Below, in pieces: positions 1 to 7,084 of a DNA stretch of 46,066 nucleotides. The stretch spans positions 1 to 46,066 of the forward strand of contig JBEBHM010000001.1 of assembly GCA_040080875.1 (NCBI GenBank). Reading direction: 5' to 3'. A model generated the notes under the pieces. The model was given only the letters and a program-made list of their open reading frames with translations. It was not told where the DNA came from and did no database searches. Both the position numbers and the translations under genes were made by a program. The DNA comes from Pirellula sp. Its GTDB lineage: Bacteria; Planctomycetota; Planctomycetia; Pirellulales; Pirellulaceae. Position 1 is the stretch's first letter. Every line of letters starts with the position of its first letter.

Positions 1-2432
1 GTATCGGACACAGCGGATTCAACGGTCTCAGCACCTGCTTCCAAACTAGACTCGGGTGCATCTGTTTGTTCTGAGTTCAGAGATTCGGTTGCCTCTGAGA
101 GTTCGGCTGCGAACGGAGTCGCATCCAGTTCGGAATCCGAGGCCACGGCCCCATCGGTTTCCGAATGATAGAGTTCTGCGTCGACTGTTTCCGTGGACTG
201 GGAGGCTTGAACAGCATGCTCCACGGTCGCCGCAGCGGTAGCCTCGGCCAGTTTTGCATAGTCGGGCTTGGTCCAGTTTTCCGGACAAGCTGCCGGCAAC
301 GTCAATTGAGCGTGCGCGACCAATCGTTCGGCCAATCGATAGTCATCGGGATGGATCGTGGTTCCATCCAGAGTATTCGTGCTGCCGTAAACCTTGAGGA
401 ACCCGATGGCTTGACGGGCCTGCATTTCGGACAAGTGTTCGCGGAGGACGATCATCAAGGTTTCACGATTGGTAATTCGATCTTCGTGACAAGCGCGCAC
501 AACCGCCTTGGAGGCTTCGGCTGTCATGCCCGGAATGCGTTTCAGCACATCCACGCTTGCGTGAAATACGTCGACACCCGCTTGCGTGATGGCGGCTGAG
601 ACCGCGTCTTGAAGTGCCGCTTCCAGCTCTCGTTGAGGCAACTCGCGTTGGTACGAGCCCAATCGCAATCGAACCGGATCCACCTTGAGAATTTGTTTGA
701 GAGGGTCCTGCAATCGCCAAGCCAACCAAGCAGCAGCTCGATGACGGCGGGAGATCTTGGGGAGCTCTATCAAGCAACCGCGAGACATGCAATAACTATC
801 AGCACCGGCGCGGTCCACCATCGTCCAGTAAAGCGATTCCTCACCCGATTGCTTCAGCAACTCGGAAACCGTATGGATCAAATACCGACGCGATGGACCG
901 TTGGACAAGGCAAGCAAAGTGACTTTGTGTTCGTGAACCCATTGTCCCAACGAGACGACGTTTTGCGCCACAACGTCCGAACGATTACTATTGCACGCAA
1001 TCTCATTGGTGAACACGACGTTGCCATCCTGGTCAACAATCACGACGGCAGCCATTTTCGGACCGATGGCGTCGATGACCATAATGCGATGATCGCGAAC
1101 AGGTCGTTGCAACAACGAAGATTGCAAATGCACGACGGCCGCTTCGGTGAGGTCCGTGTGCGCATCCTCTTCCAGGATCGCGAGGACGTCTTGATGCAAT
1201 CGGGGCAGGATGTACGACTTAAGGCCCTCTTGTGCGATTTCCATCAACCAATGATGCATGGGATGCCGCCCCGGACAGAGCGACTCTCGGCATACTTGAA
1301 CCAGTGGCTTTTCGTCGTAGTGAAACTGAATCGCAACAATCTGGGAACGCTGTCCACGCGACAACATCAGTATCTGGTAAGGAGTCAGCGCAGCCAGAGG
1401 CTTTCTCAACCTTGCATAGGATTCCAATATGCTTCGCAACCACTTTCGCCGCCGCTGGCGAGGCGATAGCTGCTTGTCCGAAAGCGTCTTGGTCTTGATT
1501 CCCTTGGACTGTTTTCTTCCTTGATGAAACTCCGCGATGGGTACAGCGAGAGGAGCCTCAAGAGCCGCTGGCTCTGGGCTCGCTGGCTCTGGGCTCGCTG
1601 GCTCTGGGCTCACTGGCTCTGAAGCCATGATTGGATCGGAAACTTCCGAAATGACTGAATCGATAACGACCGGAAACACGGTGCCCGCTTCCGTGGCTTC
1701 GGACGAGATGTCGGCGACTGGCTCGGCCTGCAGTGCGGTCGCAATCAATGGACTTGGCGATTCGGTCGACGATATTTCTGCCGTTGCAATGGCGGGCTCA
1801 GTTTCCGAGTGCTCAAGTTGCTTCTCAGCATCGCTCCCCTTGGGAGGGTCTGGAAGTACTTTGATGGAGATCGAAGCCTTCTTAAGGATCGTGCGCTGCA
1901 GCTCTTGGATCAGCTTGACGTCCTCACTCAGCAAATGCACCAGCCATTTTTTTGTATTCTCCAAGATCTCGGCGGCTTGCTCGGGTGCAACTGCCGTTTG
2001 TTCCACAACCCAAGCGACAAGATCTTTTGGTGGATCACCCTGCATCGTCAAGATGGCTTGCCCGACGATCTCAACCTGCGGGCATTTGTCCGAGATAGCT
2101 CGCGAGTTGCGGCGCGCACGAAGATGTCGAATCACCGTGTCGACTTGAGAGATCGTATTGCATTGGCCAATGACTCCCGCGACCGTATCGTTCCATTGTT
2201 GTTCGCGATCGAGTGTTACATGAACTTTCTCTTTGTGGGCCTTGAGCGCTTCGGAGTATTTCAAAGCGCGGAGCAAGATCGAGAGAGTCTGCTCGTCGAT
2301 ATTCCCAAGTTCGTCAGGTCGATAATTCGCCAAATAGTTGGGTTCGTAACCTTGATTGAGCAACTCGATTGGAAATTTGAGTTGTTCTTCAGGAAGGCGC
2401 ATGTATCGCGCGATCGCTTGAATATCTTTCAT
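1..2432 (-). CDS. Tex-like transcription accessory protein (divergent; 3' end beyond the left window edge)
   Basis: Manual translation from ATG 2432 gives MKDIQAIARYMRLPEEQLKFPIELLNQGYEPNYLANYRPDELG (Tex N-terminal pattern), a YqgF-like segment RIMVIDAIGPKMAAVVIVDQDG, then WRLQDPLKQILKVDPVRLRLGSYQ, an HhH segment GVDVFHASVDVLKRIPG, and LDGTTIHPDDY. The same frame is open at position 1, which explains its absence from the ORF track. Confidence 0.88.
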   Translation of the reverse strand, partial: MKDIQAIARYMRLPEEQLKFPIELLNQGYEPNYLANYRPDELGNIDEQTLSILLRALKYSEALKAHKEKVHVTLDREQQWNDTVAGVIGQCNTISQVDTVIRHLRARRNSRAISDKCPQVEIVGQAILTMQGDPPKDLVAWVVEQTAVAPEQAAEILENTKKWLVHLLSEDVKLIQELQRTILKKASISIKVLPDPPKGSDAEKQLEHSETEPAIATAEISSTESPSPLIATALQAEPVADISSEATEAGTVFPVVIDSVISEVSDPIMASEPVSPEPASPEPASPEPAALEAPLAVPIAEFHQGRKQSKGIKTKTLSDKQLSPRQRRRKWLRSILESYARLRKPLAALTPYQILMLSRGQRSQIVAIQFHYDEKPLVQVCRESLCPGRHPMHHWLMEIAQEGLKSYILPRLHQDVLAILEEDAHTDLTEAAVVHLQSSLLQRPVRDHRIMVIDAIGPKMAAVVIVDQDGNVVFTNEIACNSNRSDVVAQNVVSLGQWVHEHKVTLLALSNGPSRRYLIHTVSELLKQSGEESLYWTMVDRAGADSYCMSRGCLIELPKISRRHRAAAWLAWRLQDPLKQILKVDPVRLRLGSYQRELPQRELEAALQDAVSAAITQAGVDVFHASVDVLKRIPGMTAEASKAVVRACHEDRITNRETLMIVLREHLSEMQARQAIGFLKVYGSTNTLDGTTIHPDDYRLAERLVAHAQLTLPAACPENWTKPDYAKLAEATAAATVEHAVQASQSTETVDAELYHSETDGAVASDSELDATPFAAELSEATESLNSEQTDAPESSLEAGAETVESAVSD
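1567..1620. repeat. 15-bp tandem repeat (GCTGGCTCTGGGCTC, about 3.5 copies) inside the Tex-like CDS, encoding SEPVSPEPASPEPASPEPA
   Basis: Directly visible: gctggctctgggctc x3 followed by actggctct. Confidence 0.9.
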
Positions 2433-2587
2433 AAGCAGAGTGGTTCATTCCACGAATCATGTTGGCCCTAAATCCACGATCAAGTCGTTTGATCTAGAGT
2501 CCGAAATCGAAGTTTGAAGTCCTTCATAGTTTGGGGAGTCGTAACGCACCGAGGTGCAAGGAGTTGCATGCAAGCAAACAGACTGGG

Positions 2588-2616
2588 AATCTAGGTGAGT
2601 CCCTCGCAATTGTCAA
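2588..2616 (-). promoter_or_regulatory. sigma70-type promoter for the Tex-like gene
   Basis: Minus strand TTGACA (2616-2611), 17-nt spacer, TAGATT (2593-2588), about 155 nt upstream of the ATG. Confidence 0.65.
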
Positions 2617-2833
2617 GCTTTACGCAACGAGTCGGAGCGAATACATGCAATAGACCCCGATACTTCTCATTTCACATGGAATCCTTTGAAACGCAATTCC
2701 GATCGCTTTGCCGGAACAATTCATGGGATTTCTTCGGAAAAACCTAAAGCGTTAGAGCTTACCCAGTCGAAACAACTGACACACTTCATCTATCGTGAAG
2801 TTCGTTTCCCCCTATTTTGGAAGCAGTTTGCCG

Positions 2834-3145
2834 ATGAATAAGCCTGCATTTCGAGTCGTCGCCTTCGATCATGCCACCTGCGATGCAGACTATTGCGGTA
2901 CGGAAACCACGACCAAGCCCTGTGCGTTCGATGGCATTAAGCTTCACACACCCTTCGATGCGTCTCCGGAGGCAAGACCTACCGCGACCGTCACGGTCCG
3001 AATTCGGGATATCATGCCTGCCCTCCAACATGCCGGGGCAAACAAGTTAAGTTGGGTAAGGGACTTTGCCGACGATCCGGTCGTCATCACCCGCGATCTT
3101 TACGATGTTCTCCTCACGCTGGAACGGCTCAAACGGACGGCATGA
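2834..3145 (+). CDS. small hypothetical protein (about 103 aa)
   Basis: ORF MNKPAFRVVAFD...SWVRDFADDPVVITRDLYDVLL. It fills the gap between the Tex-like and HNH genes, and its C-terminus resembles small planctomycete hypothetical proteins. The ATG at 2834 is preferred over GTG 2795. Confidence 0.7.
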   Translation: MNKPAFRVVAFDHATCDADYCGTETTTKPCAFDGIKLHTPFDASPEARPTATVTVRIRDIMPALQHAGANKLSWVRDFADDPVVITRDLYDVLLTLERLKRTA

Positions 3146-3156
3146 TTTGCGGTTAC

Positions 3157-3310
3157 GTAGCAGCGTATCTCCGAGACGCTGGTACTCGCTGCGACCGAAC
3201 ACGCGCTGCACGGATTCCATTTCAGCGTAACAGCCGGTTTGGAATGCAATTCCATGCGGAGGATGAGGGTTCCGATGGCCAGTACGTCCGCCTCGGAGAT
3301 GCGGACCTAC
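3157..3310. repeat. Inverted pair of GTAG-type REP elements (REPIN-like doublet)
   Basis: 3157-3186 (+) reads GTAG-CAGCGT-ATCTCCGAG-ACGCTG-GTACT and 3310-3281 (-) reads GTAG-GTCCGC-ATCTCCGAG-GCGGAC-GTACT. Each is a 6-bp-stem hairpin, separated by a 94-nt spacer, between convergent genes. Confidence 0.8.
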
Positions 3311-3311
3311 A

Positions 3312-3923
3312 CTAGCTTGCGGCAGACGCCAAGAATGTCTTCCAAGACTGATAGCGAGGGTCTTTGAGAGTGATCGCAATACCAGGGTTCGCGTGCGGGC
3401 GAACGGGTGTTGATAGGAGTTTCATCGATGCCTGAAATGGAGTCCGTCCTCCCTTTTTACTATTGCACGACATGCACGAGCAGACCACGTTTTCCCAAGT
3501 GGTCTTTCCACCTTGAGATCGAGGCACGACGTGATCCAGACTCAACTGGCTCATAGGTCGGGTCTGGCCACAGTACTGGCAACGATATCCATCGCGCGCG
3601 AAGAGAGTTTTGCGATTGAAGCGGACCGTGGACTTGGGAATCCGATCATAGAGGACAAGCCGAACGATGCGAGGCACTTGAAGTTCTCGCGTTGGAGTCC
3701 TTAAATAATCTTCGCCGCTTTGCTTCTCAAGCGCGTGTAGCTCGGACATTTCACACCAACTCTCGAAGTCATAGTTTGCGTATTGATCTTCTTCGATCAC
3801 GATGACTTCGGCACATCCACGATAGAGCAGCGTCATGGCGCGGCGTACATCGACAACACGGACCGCCATATAAAAACGATTGAGAACTAAAACGCTACAA
3901 TCTAACGCGGAGCATTCGCTCAT
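3312..3923 (-). CDS. HNH endonuclease (McrA/HNH_5-like)
   Basis: Motifs VLVLN, LFARDGYRCQYCG, SLDHVVPRSQGGKTTWENVVCSCMSCNSKKG. A GGAGGAG ribosome-binding site precedes ATG 3923. Confidence 0.93.
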   Translation of the reverse strand: MSECSALDCSVLVLNRFYMAVRVVDVRRAMTLLYRGCAEVIVIEEDQYANYDFESWCEMSELHALEKQSGEDYLRTPTRELQVPRIVRLVLYDRIPKSTVRFNRKTLFARDGYRCQYCGQTRPMSQLSLDHVVPRSQGGKTTWENVVCSCMSCNSKKGGRTPFQASMKLLSTPVRPHANPGIAITLKDPRYQSWKTFLASAAS

Positions 3924-4081
3924 CGTGACTCCTCCCCCGTGGGCGATCAAGATACCAAACACATTAGGACGATGTGCCCAATAGCATAACCCATTCCGTT
4001 GCCGCTCGCCAACATTTGGAAAAGAACTTAACAAATACAAAGATCGCATCTCGCGAATCGAACCACAAATCGTTCGTCTTA

Positions 4082-4199
4082 TTGAGCCTGAGGCGCTAGC
4101 CGATCGATCATAAGACTCGGCTAGCGTCTCAGGCTCAACACAAATCCAGCGAAAGACTTATGACGAAAGTGGAACGAACTTCTAGCGCCTCGGGCTCAA
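4082..4199. repeat. Cluster of three ~18-bp repeats (TTGAGCCYGAGRCGCTAG); the first two form a 22-bp-stem hairpin
   Basis: 4082-4103 ttgagcctgaggcgctagccga pairs with 4117-4138 tcggctagcgtctcaggctcaa (one G-T pair). A third reverse copy, ctagcgcctcgggctcaa, is at 4182-4199. Confidence 0.85.
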
Positions 4200-4221
4200 A
4201 TTTTGATTGGAATTGAATCGC

Positions 4222-4755
4222 ATGGGCTATGCCATTGCTAGCTTGATCACCATCGTAGCCCCGCTCCTCTGGGTGGCCACATTGCTTGGATTTCCGGGGA
4301 ATTGGGGACTCGTCGTATTGACGCTTGGACTGGCTTATTTGGCACCAAGCAGCATGCACGTCGATATTGAACTGCCGGCGGCCATCGGCATCGTCGTCAT
4401 GGCCACGGTTGGCGAGATTGTTGAGTTTCTGGCGGGGGCAGCGGGGGTGAACCAATTGGGCGGCACCAAACGAGGCACGGCGCTGGCCGTCGTGGGCTCG
4501 GTGGTCGGCGCGATTGTGGGCATGTTCGTCGGTATTCCGATTCCTGTGGTGGGCAGCTTGGTCGGTGCCGTGGTTTTCGGTGGACTGGGCGCGTTTGGCG
4601 GAGCCGTGGCCGGAGAGAGATGGGCTGGCAAGGAATGGGACGTCAGCATTCGGATCGGCTGGGGAGCGCTGTGGGGCAAACTGCTTGGCACTCTCCTCAA
4701 AACGATTTGTGGGACAGCCATGATGGTGCTGTTGCTGTATTCGGTCTGGGTTTAG
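4222..4755 (+). CDS. DUF456 (YqgC-like) integral membrane protein
   Basis: Hydrophobic, Gly-rich sequence with LLGFPGNW, GEIVEFLAGAAG, IPIPVVGSLVGA, AVAGE and GALWGKLLG. Alternative start TTG 4207. Confidence 0.85.
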   Translation: MGYAIASLITIVAPLLWVATLLGFPGNWGLVVLTLGLAYLAPSSMHVDIELPAAIGIVVMATVGEIVEFLAGAAGVNQLGGTKRGTALAVVGSVVGAIVGMFVGIPIPVVGSLVGAVVFGGLGAFGGAVAGERWAGKEWDVSIRIGWGALWGKLLGTLLKTICGTAMMVLLLYSVWV

Positions 4756-4761
4756 CAGCGA

Positions 4762-4815
4762 CTAATCGGATAGTTCGGTCGGATTGGATTTATCGGTCTG
4801 ATCGGACTGATCGCA
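4762..4815. repeat. degenerate 9-bp tandem repeat x6 (consensus about CTGATCGGA) just after the DUF456 stop
   Basis: ctaatcgga tagttcggt cggattgga tttatcggt ctgatcgga ctgatcgca. Confidence 0.7.
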
Positions 4816-5031
4816 CTAAAGATCACTCGATGGCTTGAAGTCGAGCGATGCCGTCCGAGGATTCGATATCATTTGAGAAGCCGGGAAAATCGGCACAAAA
4901 ATGCAAATGCATGCATTGCTTGTGACCGGACCGTGGGTTGATAATGATTATCGCGCTCATTTGCGAGATCGCTTACCGTAGAGTTGGTATGTGTTCGTCG
5001 CCACAACTAAATAGGATCCGTTGATCAAATC

Positions 5032-5910
5032 ATGAAATACACATTCACGAATTTCGCATTGGGCGCAGCTTTAGCTTTGATTTCGTCGGGAGCCGATGCG
5101 TTAGGGCAGTTTCAGACAGGAAGCACGGGTGGGTTCGGCGGAGCCCCACAACAAGGGTTCGGCGGAACTCAGGGATTTGGAGGGCAGACCGGAGTGGCCG
5201 GAGTTGGCGGCGCCGGAGGCATTGGAGGCGCGACAACGGGAGCTACCGGCGGTACGTTCTCACCTGCAAACGGTCCCTTTGGTGGCGCTGGTGTTTCCGG
5301 TGCCTTTGGTGGCCGAGGCGTTTCCGGAGTGATTCGTCCCGGCCAAGAATTCTCAACACTAAATGCAGCGAACGGAGTGGTGGTTCCGCAAACAAATGCG
5401 TTGGGGACCGGAGGAACAGGCGGACAGCAACAGCAAAGTCAGTTCGGCGGAACCAACACACAATTTGGCGCGGGTGGCCAAGGTGGGATCGGCGGACTTG
5501 GAGGTCTTGGTGGTATTACTGCATTTGGTCGCACAGGAGGACTTGGAGGTATTGGAGGTCTCGGAGGATTAGGTGGAGGCCAAGCAGGCAGAGCCAATGC
5601 CAATCAAGCCAAGTCAAAAATTCGAACCATCGTCAAACCGGACATCGACATTACGCGGGACACTTCAGCTGTTGCGGCTGCCAACGTGCAAGCTCGCATG
5701 GGGCGTATTCCGCTTCCTCCGCGGATTGCGAATGTCAATTATTCCGTGGAAGCAGGAACCGTGGTCATCCGCGGCGAAGTCTCTAGCGAGTCGGATAAGA
5801 AGTTGGCTGAACGCCTTGTGTTGCTGGAACCTGGGGTGAACTCAGTGAAGAACGAGGTGCTAGTCCGGAATAAGACCCCTGAGAAAATTCCGGCAGTGCC
5901 CATCCGTTAG
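5032..5910 (+). CDS. secreted Gly-rich protein with a C-terminal BON domain
   Basis: Signal peptide, long G/Q/F-rich low-complexity region, and a C-terminal VEAGTVVIRGEVSSESDKKLAERLVLLEPGVNSVKNEV BON pattern. Confidence 0.88.
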   Translation: MKYTFTNFALGAALALISSGADALGQFQTGSTGGFGGAPQQGFGGTQGFGGQTGVAGVGGAGGIGGATTGATGGTFSPANGPFGGAGVSGAFGGRGVSGVIRPGQEFSTLNAANGVVVPQTNALGTGGTGGQQQQSQFGGTNTQFGAGGQGGIGGLGGLGGITAFGRTGGLGGIGGLGGLGGGQAGRANANQAKSKIRTIVKPDIDITRDTSAVAAANVQARMGRIPLPPRIANVNYSVEAGTVVIRGEVSSESDKKLAERLVLLEPGVNSVKNEVLVRNKTPEKIPAVPIR

Positions 5911-6940
5911 GATTGTTGGTTTGAACGTTGGCCCGCATCGGAGGCATCAAGACGGGCGGATCAAAGTAGATTTGTGGAGCGCGATTGGATGTCGAGGTCG
6001 CGGGCATTGATGTGGATTGAGGGACACTTTGGGCGCTGATTGCGGATCCTTGTGTGACAGCGGGATTCACGTTTGCCGTGGATGCATTCATGGCATTCGC
6101 ATAGCTGATCTGCCGCTGAGCTTCTTGTATCCATTGGTTTTGCATATCGATCTGACTTTGCCCGTCAGCGTTACCCATCGAAGATGCATCGCCGACCGTG
6201 CGCGAACTGTTCGGTCGACCGATCGAGGAGTTGCTTGGGACTTGAATGGTGGTCGTTTGAGTTCCAATGATGGATGGAGTTTGGCCAGCAGGAATGGTTC
6301 GTTGTCGAGCACCAGGGATTTGGCCAGGTAGCGCCGTCGGAATGGTGGCGGATGCTTGCAGAATCAGGCCAGGTGTGTTGTCATCGTTGCTTTTCCCCGG
6401 CAGATTTAGGTTGGCCGATGCACCGCGAATCAACCGTCCGTCTTTGGTCATGAACGTTGGAATCAACATAATTTTCTTGGGAGCACCATAAGCTTCATCC
6501 CATGGAATCCAAACGCTATAGGACGCACCGAGTTCCCCTTCACTAAAGTGGGTCGTAAACTGCTCGGCTGTGAACCTAAATCGTTTGTCCGCTTGACTCA
6601 GTTCGTCTTCCCTCAACGGTTGTTTGTTGGTGTCATCAAAACCGTAGACGACTAAGTCGCCGTCAACCGGAATCGCCTGTGTTTTCTCATTATAAAAATA
6701 AAATCGACCCCCAAATCCGCGTGTAGGTGGTTTTCCCGGAAGCGTGATCACGTCATGGGCCCACGTAACATTCATGCTCTGCGGGATTTGATATTCCTTC
6801 TTCTTAAAGAGGGACCAACTCGCATCCTTCTTTTTCTTTTTGCTGGCCGGGCTGCCTGAGGTCAATGTTTCGCAACCGGTGGTGCAAAACACGATTGCAC
6901 ATAGCGAAATCCATTTGGCGAACCTGTGTATTTTTATCAT
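5783..6940 (-). CDS. hypothetical lipoprotein
   Basis: MIKIHRFAKW...FCTTGC lipobox, a globular core (TRGFGGRFYFYN, IPVDGDLVVYGFDD, LGASYSVWIPWD) and a low-complexity tail. It lies downstream of the secretin on the same strand. Confidence 0.8.
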   Translation of the reverse strand: MIKIHRFAKWISLCAIVFCTTGCETLTSGSPASKKKKKDASWSLFKKKEYQIPQSMNVTWAHDVITLPGKPPTRGFGGRFYFYNEKTQAIPVDGDLVVYGFDDTNKQPLREDELSQADKRFRFTAEQFTTHFSEGELGASYSVWIPWDEAYGAPKKIMLIPTFMTKDGRLIRGASANLNLPGKSNDDNTPGLILQASATIPTALPGQIPGARQRTIPAGQTPSIIGTQTTTIQVPSNSSIGRPNSSRTVGDASSMGNADGQSQIDMQNQWIQEAQRQISYANAMNASTANVNPAVTQGSAISAQSVPQSTSMPATSTSNRAPQIYFDPPVLMPPMRANVQTNNPNGWALPEFSQGSYSGLAPRSSLSSPQVPATQGVQPTSYPTR

Positions 6941-7084
6941 GAGTAGCACTTCCGTGTTGGCAATGTTCCGGGCAACGAGGGTAAAGATCGGACGTATGCG
7001 TTTGGTCCACAATTCGATTAACAGTCAATCGCCTAGCGTCCTATTTGTGCGAAGTGGACAAGTGGGACGGATCATCTGGTTATT

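Noticed and set aside
165-2471. Long plus-strand ORFs (165-599, 609-1469, 1537-2148, 1809-2471)
   Set aside because: They are antisense shadows of the minus-strand Tex-like gene and contain no recognisable motifs.
3052-3315. Plus-strand ORF with an ATGA overlap at 3142
   Set aside because: It runs through the REP doublet and has no protein features; the region is better explained as non-coding repeats.
3924-4049. N-terminal extension of the HNH ORF given in the track
   Set aside because: The strong ribosome-binding site and the family-typical start lie at ATG 3923.
5120-5580. GGN-rich repetitive DNA
   Set aside because: It is explained by the Gly-rich coding region of the BON protein and is not an independent repeat element.
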